The notes beneath the pieces are model-generated. The model was not told the DNA's origin. It saw only the letters and a program-made list of their open reading frames with translations, and did no database searches. Of a stretch of DNA of 64,000 nucleotides, positions 35,601 through 49,237 are shown piece by piece. Each line of letters begins with the position of its first letter. Within the stretch, counting starts at the first letter, position 1. This DNA is from Raillietiella orientalis (lineage: Eukaryota): assembly GCA_036172245.1 (NCBI GenBank), contig JAYWIR010000044.1:1-64000 (forward strand). The letters run 5' to 3'. A program made the translations under genes and the position numbers.

Positions 35601-37396
35601 GCGAAGTTTGATGCGAAATTTCAGAGACGGAAAGCTGTCTCACTTGCCAGTCGTTTCACCACAGCAACGGAAAGATCAGAGGGAAAGCAATCAATACAGG
35701 AACAGAATTCTCAGCAACTTTTGCTGGCAAGCGGAGGAATGGGGCGCTCTCAACACAACACTCTCGACAGAGTGTTTGCGAAACGACATCCAAAGCATTT
35801 ACAGCCCCTCCACCTCATGGCGTGACCTAAGAAAGGCTGATAGCCAGCGCCTAGGATTTCCATGCTCTTGCTGCGACTCTCGAGCTCGCATTGGCGTCAA
35901 CAGTTCGTCAGCATAAACTTCAGCCTCCGCCACAATCACCGCGTGCGGGTGCTCCAAGCAAAAATGCGACCTGACACTGCGAAAGTTATTTCCTCCAGTT
36001 CTTCAGCCGAATTGGTGCCGAGGAACTTTGCAAGAGAGAAAACCATACTGTTGATTTCAGGCGAGAGCGTGTCCACGGCGGCTGCGTGCGCGGATGAGGT
36101 GCCTCTCCTGCTGTCTGGTTTCAACCCTGCAGGCATAGCTCCAGGGGTTTTTCTAGCTCATCTCTACGGAACAGGGTATGTGCACACGCAGGCAAACATG
36201 CTCCGTCGTCCTGGTCTTGGAAGGGCTAGGAGGAATCCATCTGCCTGGACATCGTCGCTTGCAGGCATTTTGAGACCCGTCGCGTTGCCTTGCACGCCAT
36301 CTGCATTGCAACAGCGCGGCAGCTTTGGTTTCAGTACATCGGCTCATCTTCACAAACAAATTTGCAAACTAACGAAATGTCATAGACTACGATTTCCTGC
36401 ATATTAAAAGCGAGGATGGAAAACATCATTTGCAGGAAGCGTTCCTCAACTCGCTGACCACCCAACACATCTCCTGTAGAATCGGAAACCAAACGGAAGA
36501 AACGCAAAAATGGTTGGAGGGCGGAGGGTTCGAACACCACTTTTTCCGCTTCTCTCTCACAGCCTTGGCGAAGAGATGGCGACTTTCCAGCAGGATGAGC
36601 GAACTTTCGCTGTCTTATCATGGTTATCTTGAACGCGAAAGAAGCCAGACGTCTTGCTGCTAGCTGTGATGGACCGCGCTCGCTGTTCGCACAACAGTGA
36701 CGGACGTGCGCAGAGCACACACTCTCAAAGTTTCTGACCACTCACGGATTCTTGCCGTTCGTAAGGAGGGCGTGGACTCGTCCGTGGGCTCCCTTCTTCA
36801 GCGTCCTGCTAGTGGTTTCTTCCTTCTTATTTGGATTGGAACGGAAGAAATACAATGCTGCCCTGTGGCAAATGCCGTTGTTTTGCCACAGACAGGTCGC
36901 CCTGCGACAAAGACGATAACCGTTGCACGACCGCACTTTCTCCGGTTCTCCAGTGCCGTTCGTATGGTTATGCTGCCGTGTTCCTGGATCATCGCGAGAT
37001 GATCACATCAGGTGATACCCAGCAGCTTCTCATTACACTAGGATGATTCCTTCAAGTGTCAAAGTGGCAGCGACAGCAGGAATTGAACTTTCGGTTTTCC
37101 AGAACAAAGGTCGTGAATGAGGGATCAAACTACATCCTTACTCTTTCTCTAAAATTCAACGGGGGCACTGCATCTCAGATGGTCCACTTTCCAAAGAAGG
37201 TAGACACAGAGAATACACCCATACCTATACCACGCTCTGTGCACTTAAAGAAAAAGATGCAGCTCTGCATTCAAAGCATCCAATTGCTGAGGAGCGCATT
37301 CCTTCGTCTACTTGCAATGTCGTTCTGACGCATGCTCAAGCAGAACCTGCTGAGGGTGTGGCAGGGCAAACGATCACTTCCATCACTGTCCATATG

Positions 37397-40300
37397 CACA
37401 GACTTCCATCATCGCCGATCACCCTGACATTACACCCGCAGGCATCCACTAATGAAGGCACATCACCACGCTGATCACACATTCTTTACCACCTGACACG
37501 ATAATCGACCTCACATCCCACCTTGCCAATGTTTATTTAAGACAAGGCGGCTGCCTGAGATTCAGGGACCACTGCGAACCATTTCTACTTTTGCAGAGAT
37601 GAACAAACCTTCTTGCCGCGGAATCTAAAAATAAACACATGCCGAGTATATATTTTCGAAAAGCAACAAGACGAAGCACTTCTGCGGGGGGCACCTCGCA
37701 ATCCGACGGCAGTGCGCGATGGTCAACCGCGTGACGGCGTTTTTGCCCCCGTGCGCTCCTGTGATCGCGCAACACGACCGACTTCGAACGATTGATGGCT
37801 TCAGATTGCCAGGAGTACAACTAGCTCTTCTCCACGCGGGCGCTCATGCACGGTGACGAAGTCAGGCATACCATCTTGCACCGTCTCGCAACGTCGGAAA
37901 CTGACTTACCACTCTCCCTGAATAAAAGACACTCTGTTGCAACCTTATGGCGATCCCCATGACCACGAAATCGACACATCTGCCAGCATTGCAACAACGT
38001 CTGGCTTCCATGGTAACTCTTCGTTGCTGCAAACTCAAATAGCTGTCCTTTGGTCCTTCTGTTTATCATTACCTCCCACTTTCCTGCAGTTGATCAGCAG
38101 TAAACAGGAATTTTCGAAATATCTCCCGCTGCTCTTATCGGTAGCCCCCCGTTGTCCTGAAATTCCTTGACTCTCACGCAAGGTATGATGATCTGATTTG
38201 TGATTTCATTTTGCAACCATAGCTTCCTAACTAGTACATTTGCCAACTCGAGATACAATCCGATCTCTTCGACACATCCTCTGAGGTGATCATGCAACTT
38301 ACGTCATTCGACTCCCAAAAGCACTATCGTCCATACACATTTCTTAGACTCCCCATCCATTCAAAGCTCACAGTGAGTCTACACTCTACCTGGAGGTACC
38401 CTCTGCGACCCATTCGACGTCGCAATACATCCCTTGCCCAAAAGAAGACGATAAAAAGGAAGCGATCTGGAAATGGGAGGAGCTCTCCTCCCCGCAGAAA
38501 AGTGCGTTTCCGCGATCTGATTCCACGTGTTAATCTTCCGTCCACATCGCGGCCACACAGGATTCCTCATCCGGGTGCCCGACAGTCCGCTCCCCGTGCA
38601 GCAATCCCAGCATTATTGCACAATGTTTCTCGTGGTTCCCCTCCTTCTGAATTGGAAATGCTTCCACCTCCGGATGCTCAAAGGACGCCTTGGAACCCCC
38701 CTTTCTCTACTGAATCCGATTCAGACTATTCTACAGTTCCGACCTCCCATGCAGTAGGCAGGAGCTCTCCAATCATTTCTACTGCCCCGCCTCCATCAAC
38801 CTCTCATAGATCTCAGGACGACCACGTCTTCGCGGAGTTTCGTGATTCCCACCATGATACATCTCCCGACAGCAGCGAACTCCTCTGGATGGCTGTTATA
38901 AGTGATTATGAGCATACTTTGCGAAAGAACCTCTCTCGACTTGCCGCCATCAGGAGGTTCTTGTGTTCATGCGATTGCTTCTGCCCAACAATTAAGAAGT
39001 CTCGACGTCCTTCCCACTGAGGGCATCTTGTCTGCTCCTGCTTCTTCCCTTCCATCCATCGGCTCTCCCTCAACCCTTCTTGAGACAGTTCCGCATTTCC
39101 AAAATCAACACTCCAGCCTCGCTTCGTCCCGACTTCGTCCCCAACACCACCGCATCAACCACCATTGCAAGCAACTCCTCCAAGCATCACAACACTACGG
39201 CGCGTGACTACGGATTGGAGCACCCTAGCAGCACCAGAAGCGAAAACGGCCGTGCAATCATGGCAGAAGGCAACGCCACCGTCCATCCACAGGATCGTCT
39301 TCCTACCACCACTGCAGAACGTGTTGAACAGACTCCGCCAACAGCAGACCGGAAATAAAACAACCTGTAAGACCACTCTCATTCACGCACTCTCTTCCAG
39401 CTATACGTTTCCAGCACGTGCTGAAATCCACTGCCCCACCACTGGTGGCCGATTTGACCCACCAGAACATATTTCGCGATAGGCACAAAGCAGAATTCCT
39501 TCAGGCGAACAAGCGAGGCGACGGCTGTTTTCGCTTCCTGCGACTGCGCCCATCCAGCCAATGCTGGACCACTCGTGTCGCGCATGCCGCCCTCACCAAC
39601 GGTTGTCTGCGGATTCTGACACCACGCCACATGCAAATAGTTTGCCAAGCAGACGGAGACACGGCGGAGGGTATGCGAAAATTCATTCGTCGATTGAGAT
39701 GCAGCTGGCAAATAGGAATGACCTTCCCTCCGCATAAAGCGTGGCAACCGGCTCGTCCTCACGGGAGCACAATTTTCAAATGAGCTTCTCACAGAACGCC
39801 GTTCCGGATAAGAAATAAAGTGCAATGGCGCCGAAAGCAACGTGGTCGTATGTCCTGATGTTCCTGATGTGGAGACTCTTTAGAGTCTCCACATCAGGAA
39901 AGGATTTCGCAGCCACCACTTCGCGAATCATCTCCTCACCACGTACAATCCGCATGATACTTCTTCGTTTCTTCCTCTGATCTCCACAGAAGATGCCACA
40001 AGAATTGTGGAGTTGCTGCTTCTGTGCCAGGAAAATGGACCACCGTCATTCTTTCATCTTAAAATTTTCCCTTTCTCTCCCCATGATGTTTGCGTGCTTC
40101 GTAAAATGACGGAATCTTATCAGTTTAACACCTACCCATTCTCATCCAACCTCAAAACCAAACCACCTACCACTCCATCAGTCTTTTCATTCTACTCGAA
40201 CGTTCTTACCATTCTTCTGTTTGTTTTCATTTCCAATGCAGTCTACGCAGATGCCTAAATACTCCGTTCGCCACATCAAAGTCGGCAAGGGAATGGACCA

Positions 40301-43300
40301 CGGCGGAATCTCCGCCGCGTGGCTCAAAGATTCTTTCGTACATCCCGGAACACGATACCGTCGTCCACATCTTATAGTCTGCTATCATCTCCCTTTCATG
40401 GTCACCACCGTCGTGCCTCACGGCAACTCATAAACCTGTTGCAGTCTGAAAGCTCCCAACGTGCATCCACCTATTCCACGCACGAATGTCCGACACCACT
40501 TCTTGTCTTCGTGTTTTCGCCTCTATTGCATACGTCCTCTTCCATACTTCCTTCTTATCGGCCACGACCAACCGCATATCCATCATTCCTCAACCAGGCA
40601 AGGCATCCAGGCTCAGGGAAGAGAGAAAAAGCAAACTTCTTACACCCATACCCATCTGTGTTGTTTGCCATTCAGGACAGTGTTCCACGGAGCAATCATC
40701 AGATACCCCCCAAGCACGCACACGAATTCTCCTGACCAGCAACAAGTCCACCTTTCAACTGCCATCGATAAAAGTGATCGGAAGCCTTCTTCCCTGACCT
40801 CAATGAAGGGCTGCATTTTTACCGTCGCACATAGTTGAAAGAGTCCTTCTCCTCCTGGTGCTCTTCAACCAAAGAGCCCAATTTCTCCCCAGTCTGTCAG
40901 GATACTTATGTGGTGCGCGCATACCGAGACCATCAATCCTCGGAAGAGGGGAGCAGGTGAGACGCCATGGAACCACTGACGTCCCATCTCCTTACCCAAT
41001 GCCGCACGCAGACTTCCCGGCGTCGCGGAACTTCTCCTCAAAGCTCCAAGTAGCTCCTTCTTGCATCCTCCATTCGGGTGCCACAGACCGTTTCTCTTTT
41101 CGAACCTCGCCGTAAGTTCAGCATGCTTCTTTAGTAGGGAAATGCTCTTTCTGGCAGGGATTCTTCCCGAATTCTGTTCTCCTCCTCCATGATATCCCGT
41201 GCGTTAACACCATTGTGCCGTCCACTCGAGGTCGCGGTCCTTTCGCAGCGTGGCAGCAATCAGCAAGTTGGTTTGCCATTTCCCGCGTCACGCGTGTTCC
41301 CACCCATCTGATCACGTGGAATGCAGAAGCCATTTTCGACACGCTTCCTTTCTGAGGAATGGGCACGTAACTATCTCTCGAGGAACGTGCACGCCGGCGA
41401 AAGTGTTGGCGTCGGATGGAACTGGAAGCCATCCATCCCCAAAGAGGATTTCTCTGCAAAAAAGAGCTACAGACGCACTAACGTAGAGGAAACAAAGGAA
41501 CGCTCGGAGTGTCTCTTCTACGCCGCTTCCTCTTTGCCAGAGGTTGTGCTTTCGACCGACGTAATGTGCCATCGTCGACTTTTTCATTGCACTCGGCAAA
41601 GCATTGCTTCGTCGGTAGAAAGTCCGTCTCGAGTGCTCGTTTGACGCGCGTCTTCCAGAAATCGCAAGGCCGAAAGGCGAGCAAAGCGAATTGAAGCGTG
41701 GAAGGCTTTGCACGATATCACATCTTCAGCGCTGAAAAGGCAGCGGAACTTTTGGCCTTCCACACGGAGCTTCCAAGAAAGGAATTCATCGAAAGAACTC
41801 GATCCTGGATTGTATTCGGATTCAGTCTCTAGAACAAAAGTAAGGGAGTTTGAACCTTGGATCCCGGGGGTAAGAAGTCCCGAAGGACTCAGTCGACATC
41901 GGACGCGCTGCTGCTACTCGCACACGTGCGTGCTGCATTCCGGATTGGCAAGGAGTATGGCGCAGACTGCACATCGCAGCCTCCGTGCTCTCCACTTCCA
42001 AGCTCTTCAAGGGGACTTTTGCATGCAGGTGCGTGTTCACGCCCTCATGTGCGTGGACTCACGATGAGGTCACGCCGCTTGACCTAATTTTTCCATCATC
42101 TCTGTCCAGCGGTCCGCTCGAAACCATGCCCGACAACGGACACACCTGCACGACAGCTGACAAAAAGACCGGGATCACTTGACAACTCGAGGGCAATGTC
42201 ATGAAGCGCATCTGCTGGAAGATCTGACTTTTGCAATTTTGAAAACTCACGTGCTCGCAGTTTCAGTGCAATCTTAGAGAGCTCCTGCAAAACCTTCAGT
42301 TTCGACACGTGAAATGGTCAATGGGAAACCATTTCTTCGGATTCTCTCCGTACAGTTCGAGCGCTTCGATGGATTTCTTACCAACATTGTACTCACTGGG
42401 GCATAGAGGGTACAAAGATGCTGCGGGAGCCAGTGCAAAGGACCACCAACCAAACAAGTCCACATCACGGAATACCAGATGCCCCCAATATTTGTCACGG
42501 TGCTTCCAACGGATGTCGAGATAAAAAGGAAAGCCAATTTGAAAGACGGCTTTTCCGAAGCATCCATCCTTTAATGTTTTTTGATTAATTAATAAATATG
42601 GAGACGACCCATAGCACCTGAATGGGCAAAAAAACATTTCCTTCACTTTCGAGAAACACGAACCGTAGACAAAATGAGCGCAAACGAGCATTTTTTTGCG
42701 AAATGGAAGTCTTGCCACATCTGCAGCATCCAGGTTTCTCACGGATCACATGAATGCGCAGCAGGACATCAAGCTGACCTGCTTTGACCTCTCCGTTGCG
42801 CCTGGCCGCGAGATCTGCTCGACTTTCCCACGGGCGACGCGCATCCGGGCCGACACCGTCGAATCGCCGACCGAAGTGCTCACTTCTGCGACTTCTGAGA
42901 TTGCGGAAACGGAAATTCTCCTTCCGATACTCAACGAGCGCCCCGAATTGGTGGAAAGGGTTATTGCGGGAGTTCAGGGATGCCTTCTGCGATAGCCGCG
43001 TCTTGGGATATCGCCGCCGACGCTCCGGAATGTTTCGGCTTGCGAGGGAGGATCCGCACCGCCGTTCTCTGCTTTCTTAGCGGCATGCTGCTCTACTGGT
43101 ACGCCCCAAAGAGGGGTCGGAATTGAAGGGATGCCATCCTCTTCCCGGAAATTTTCGCAGCGATAGCCACGAGGTGGAATCACCTGGGAAATATGCGATG
43201 CGAACATGCTGGATGTTGAAAATCACTTCGAGGGTGTGGCGGCGCACATTCATTTATATCCCTCACAGAATTTGTTGCTTTCTCTTCTTTTCATGATTGT

Positions 43301-45545
43301 CCACCCCTTCCTTCACTGGCTCCAACGGACCCCCTCGGTCTGCCTATTGGCGCTTTGGAAGATTTATTATGTGTTATTTCTTGGTAGAACAGAAAGTCCA
43401 ACCGCACCTGGTGTCTTTTCTTATCATTCACATCTGAAAATTCTTTTACAACTCCGGGTTCATGCGATCGGATGCAACGGTTTCAGAAAGCTTCTTTTCC
43501 TCGAGGGACGAATGTGATGATCGTGCGTCCGCTTTCGTTTGCGTTCCAGGCGGCAGCGACACGGCTCCTGCTTGTTCTCTGTGGACCACGCTACGCCAGC
43601 AGCAAGAGGGGCCGGCCCCTCTTGCTGCTGGTGGGCTCCATAGGTAAGTGGTGCTCCGCTCGGTCGGGATGTTTGAAGAGGCTGCTCGGAGGAGGATGGG
43701 CGTTGCGGCTGGACACCGTATGTGCATGAAGTATAAAGAAGGGATGGGGAATTCACATTGGGAACGTACATTTGTGGTGACACAGGTTGATCGATAGCAG
43801 GCAGGAAGATTAGTCTTGCGAAGGATGTGCAGAGTGATCTCAGAAACGAAGCAGTTTCGACGAGAACATACGGGGTCGTGGAGCTGCAGATGTGCTCCGA
43901 GGGTTCTGCAGTGTGGGAATTCGAGACCCAAACCTTGGCGCATGAGGTTGACGGAGGTATAATTGCAAGTTGCTGCCACTGCCTCTTCCCGTGCTGGAGG
44001 GTTGCACAGGTGCAGAGGACGAAGTACTTCTTATACCTCCTGGACGGTAATCTGCCCATCCACTGCTTGTGGGTTCGAAGAGGTGTTCAGATATTTGCAT
44101 CGTTGCTCTGGGAACATCGGGCATAGGAGTCGACGATCTATACATTTGACGTTGTTGTAAATATTCTTCGAATGGAGACGTGGGGGGTGTTCGTCTGCCG
44201 CCATGGGCAAATGGTGGAATGAGGGGTGCTTCAAGCCTGTAATCAGTCTCCCTGGAAGTTGATGGCTCGTGTATAACGCTGGCAGGTGCCTGTTCAACGG
44301 AACTAAGCTCCATCCTGGGTGGAGCGGATGTCGTTGGTTCGCTTCCGGATTGCTCGGAGCTCTCCGTCTCCTCGTATTGGAAGACATTATAGTGTTGATA
44401 GTTTCGAAATGTACTCCTACGTGAATTTCCACGTGCATTTGGGTTAATGGAACGTCTCCCTATTCTTCTAGCTTGAAGAGAAACAGATGTTGGCGTGAGC
44501 GAGCTGCGAATACGCGCTCGGGATGGTTGACTGGAACGGCGGCTTAACCCACGTCCTAATCGACGTCTTTTGGGGATGTCCCCATTGGAAACGAAAGGAT
44601 ACCAGGATGGCCTACGTTCTTCCTGGTATCCTGGTTTGTCTCGGAAGCTCGGATCTTCGAAGTGAGCTTCATGGAAATATTCGCGTTTTCCTTGTGCCGG
44701 CTGTTGATCGTGAACGAAGCCAAGAGACTCATCATCTGAGTCGCTTAGAATCGATTTATGATGACCAACAGTTGCCGCGAAGTCCATGATCTGAGAGAAA
44801 TTTTTTTTTTTCTTTTTCTCAAGCTTGCCAAGGAAGTAATCCTGGAAGAAAAACCGTTGTTACAGGACGAAATTCGAACTCAACCCATCCATCCGTACTT
44901 TGTCTCAGCTGCGCAGGATTTCAGAACAGCAGTGGGATATGATGGATAGCAGAGGAGTAGGATTTCAGAATCCTGTCCTAAATTTGAAAAAGTTCTGCAA
45001 GATCAGGAAAAGAAACCAATTGAAGAGATCGCCGAAGGAGAGTTTTCGAAATCTCCAACCGAGAGAAAGAGTTTCTATGGTTATTACGCTTTGTTATTTC
45101 GGTGCGGATTCCGATATTGCTGCTTTCGTGTGAACATGGACTGTGGTGGTGGACAGAAATTCCCCAAGAATTTTTATCTTCAGGAGATATTGGTTGTAAT
45201 TTTGCGGGAGAGTCAGGCTGCACCTTTGACGCCTGCGTTGGGTTCCCACTCTCCAACAGAAGTGTTTCCTCGGTGAATATCTGACGACGAGCAACCCATT
45301 CGGCTTCCTGTCTTTGGCAACTGCCTTTGCGCTTGGCTGTCCCAACCTTGAATAGGCCTCTCCTTCTCTCCCTGTTTCTTGGTAGCACTTAGGGGAGTGC
45401 TGCATTTTGGATGCGAGCCAAATTGCTTACGTGGAGTCACCATTGCGATTTCGTAGGTGTTTTGCAGAAAAGCCTGCACAGCAACATCTTTCGCTTGCGC
45501 TTAGGATGACAGAGACGCTTCCTAAAACAGCCACCACTTGTGGTC
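37397..45545. repeat. Segmental duplication, copy 2
   Basis: Direct repeat of 25312-33440. Confidence 0.97.
39861..39900. repeat. Palindrome with 19-bp arms and a 2-nt spacer, specific to copy 2
   Basis: TTCCTGATGTGGAGACTCT-TT-AGAGTCTCCACATCAGGAA. Copy 1 (near 27770) has only the right arm. Confidence 0.95.
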
Positions 45546-45726
45546 CGGAGAGCCTCTACCGCTTCTCGCCTCTAGCCTTCTCTAGCTGGCACTGCAGATG
45601 AAGGTGGGCTCGTGCATGGCGTGCGTACAGAAAACGCTGAAGACACAGGAGCTCCTCGGCCGTGCTGGTGCTCCGTGTGTGTTTGCAGTGGTGGCCAGAT
45701 TCGCGCATGTGAGCACATTTTCCTGT

Positions 45727-46425
45727 CGAGCAACGTGCACGCCGGCGAAAGTTTTGGCGTCGGATGGAAGTGGAAGCCATCCATCTCCAAAGAGGATTTC
45801 TCTGCAAAGAAGCTACAGACGCACTAACGTAGAGGAAACGAAGGAACGCCCGGAGTGTCTTTTCTACGCCGCTTCCTCTTTGCCAGAGGTTGTGCTTTCG
45901 ACCGACGTAATGTGCCATCGTCGTCTTTTTCATTGCGCTCGGCAAAGCATTGCTTCCTCGGTAGAAAGTCCGTCTCGAGTGCTCGTTCAACGCGCGTCTT
46001 CCAGAAATCGCAAGGCCCAAAGACGAGCAAAGAGAATTGAAGCGTGGAAGGCTTTGCACGATATCACACCTTCAGCGCACAAAGGCAGCGGAACAGTCGG
46101 CCTTTCGCACGGAGCTTCCAAGAAAGGAATTCATCCAAAGGACTCGATCCTGGATTGTATTCGGATTCAGTCTAGAGAACAAAAGTAAGGGAGTTTGAAC
46201 CTTGGATCCCGGGGCGAAGAAGTCCCGAAGGACGCAGTCCACATCAGACGCGCTGCAGCCAATCGCACACGTGCGTGCTGCATTCCGGATTGGCAAAGAG
46301 TATGGCGCAGACTGCACATCGCAGCCTTCGTGCTCTCCACTTCCAAGCTCTTCAAGGGGACTTTTGCATGCAGGTGGGTGTTCACGCCCTCATGTGCGTG
46401 GACTCACGATGAGGTCATGCCGCTT
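45727..46425. repeat. Third, more diverged partial copy of 29270-29970
   Basis: Shared TCTPAKVLASDGSGSHPSPKRIS... sequence with more substitutions. Confidence 0.92.
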
Positions 46426-46569
46426 GTAAAAAGGTTACGCTTTTGGGACCACAGAAGCATACCCTTCGGCAATGCGGGTCATGAAACTTTCACTCGCGAG
46501 GCCATGTCCCCGGAACACCGACACACTCGGTGCCTCGTTTGCGCCACCACACAATGAAGCATGTCCTCA

Positions 46570-47400
46570 TGCATTTGAGAAGCGGGAATCTCGGTCCATT
46601 ATTCTTTGGTTCTCATGCGAACGCAAAGGGTGACAACGGACGTCTGGAAAGACGTCGAAATCGCCACCGCCTCGCGAATGGCGCACATGCGCGTTGCCTG
46701 GCTGCAGCGGCCAACCACGCGCGCGATTGCGCTCTTCCCAACGCGCTTGCCTTGGTGACCGGTGCTCTCTTCCGCCTCAGGTCGCACGCTTCCTTCGCTC
46801 ACGTGCATCGCTATCTTTTGTACTTGCTTGGTTTCCACGGAGACGCAGCGTTCTTGTTTTTTATTTTCTTTATTGCAATTGCTCGCGCCATGGCCTTCCG
46901 CCAACGCCTGCCGCGCTTTTTGACACGCATCTGCCCGTGCATGTCCTCCAATCGACGCCGGATGGACGCTTTTCCCAAATCCGCGTGTGCCATTATGATC
47001 TTGATGGTCAGCATGACGGCAGTTGTGCCTATATGGAAGGACAAGGAGGAAGAAACCCTGAGGGACATCAGGTACCTCTTCTGCTAGGAATCTGACGGCC
47101 TTCTGCCGCTTCGTTTGAGTTCGAGAGTGGGTGCGCTTGCGTGAGTGCGAGCTTGTGCACCTGGTCTTTGTCCACTCCTCCCTGTTTGTCGGCACTTCGA
47201 ATCGCCTTCCCTTCCTTCCATTGCTGTTGTCGCCCGTATTCCACCGGTCTCAGCCCTCGGCCAAGCGCTGACGAGGATTCAACGCTTCTCGCCTGCTTCG
47301 CGCAGCTCTGCGGCCTCTCGCCGCATACGAACCGCTCGTGAGTCGCCAGCGCCAACTGGACTAACCGCGAGCCAGCTCGGTGCTTGCCAATGTTTGCCGC
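46570..47400 (-). pseudogene. Possible decayed Fanzor1/TnpB-like RuvC nuclease C-terminal half
   Basis: Motif order across frames: GVD..(P)G ~47170; RRWRKAMARAIA ~46900; KRAPVTK..ARVV..ATRMCAIRE ~46770-46670; LCVR; IMDRD at 46602-46588. Confidence 0.35.
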
Positions 47401-49237
47401 CCCTCGTGGCACGTGTGGCGCCATTTTGCATGTTGCCTCTGGCGACAAACAAACCAGCCGCAGCGTGATTCCGGTCAGCGCCTGCGCCGCACTCGGCAGG
47501 AAGCTTCCCCGCGCAGTGCAGGTGTGTGCGCGCGCGTGCACTCACGCGGAGCTGATGACATACAGTTCGTTCCCAGAGCGCGCAGCCAGAGTGGGACCCT
47601 CCAGAGTCGCCCACGATGCTCGGAGAAGCGTCTGAAGTGCTCTTCCACCGCACGTCAGGTGAAGCCTCTTTCAGCAGATGTCTGCTTCATCCCCGCGATG
47701 TTCCCATGCAGGGCGTCGTCGACGCACGTGTGAGGTGCGGTCGAGCAACAGCGGGAGGCGTTGCCGACCGTCGTGGTCGGCTCCCGCCGTCTGTCGGTTG
47801 CTGTCGCCGCCAACGGCCCAACCCCATCCTCTTCTGTCGCCGTATTCGGCGACGCGTCGACACGCACAGAAGGCTCTGGCTTGCTCTTCCAGCGGCGTGC
47901 CGCGGCCGTAGCTTCGTTTCGCAACGTCGGAACCCGTGGTCGCAGGCTCGCTTGCTGAAGACCTACTTCAGCATCTGCCTGTGAGTCACGATTGTTCGCC
48001 AAAGGGAAGAAGTGTCCTGCTCACATCAGGCAACCTTTGCAGCTCTCTGCACACGGCCTTGCTGCTGTAGGAGGGAACCTTGTGGAGATCACGGTGTTTC
48101 TAAACACTTGTCCTTTTCCCTGGATGGTTTCGTGGCGGCGGTGCCTTCGTCCACGCAATTACTCCACCAGACTACAGATCGCTTCCACCATGAGTGTCGC
48201 ATCCGTGAGGATGGAACCAGGAGGAATTTCCCTAGTTCCAACACTGGACTTTTGCGTCGCACTCTCGCATTCCTCTCTCCTGGTCGCCTTCGTCCACTGT
48301 TCCTTTCCTGGTAGACGCATCCAGATTCTTCACGGTCTCTTGGAGGTTTGCTGAAACTGGTCGGTCCATGGAAGAACAATTTGCTCTTGCGTTCATCCGT
48401 TCCCTGGCTGGTGCGTAAAGAAGCGGCTGATCTCATATTGAACTCGCGTTCCGTTGAACGGTCCTTCCAACTGCTGCTTCAGTTTCTCTCCAAGAAGGTG
48501 CGTTCAGATGGGTGGTGGTAACCGCAGAAATGACTTTCTTCTTTTCGTAGTTCTGATGCCAGCCACCGTGGAGCCACTAGCATTCCTGCAGCAAGTGCAT
48601 TCCTGGTGCTCCTCCAGTTTTCCATAAATTCTCCCTCCTTCCTCTTTTTTTTCTTTCGGTTGTTTTTGTTGTCGGATTCTTCCTTGTGGATGTTCAGAAC
48701 GTTTTTTTGAACTGAAGAATCCCAGCATGTGGGGTGCCGCAGTCGACCTTCGCATATCGGAGCGCGCTTTTCCAGGAAGGTTGGTGTCAGCGCGATTGCT
48801 GCCCCACCATGTGAACCCCTTGATTTTTCAGCACGTGACGCGCGCACGGCGCTTGCTGTTTCGAAATCGCTGTACACTTGTGAAGATCTGATGCGAGAGC
48901 GCACGTTTGCCGCAGATTGGATCGATCCGCGGTGCTTTTTCGACCTGGTTCTTCCGGATGCCTCTCGACTGGTGAGAATCTGCCAACCTTACTGCGGGAA
49001 GACCGTAACTGCCGAGCCGTGCTCTTAATGACATGTTGGAGAAAGGTGTTCCCTTTGCGTCCCTGATCTCTTGTGCCATTTCGCCGGCGAACGCGAGGAC
49101 TCGTCCCGAGCTTTGTACACCGCGAAGCGTGGTGACCCCGCAGTGCATTCCATAGGCGGCGCTTTAGATGCGGCAGAACGTTCCCTGCAGGCGGAACCTT
49201 CCCGAACCTTGTGCGTATCGTCCCTGAATACGAAAGA

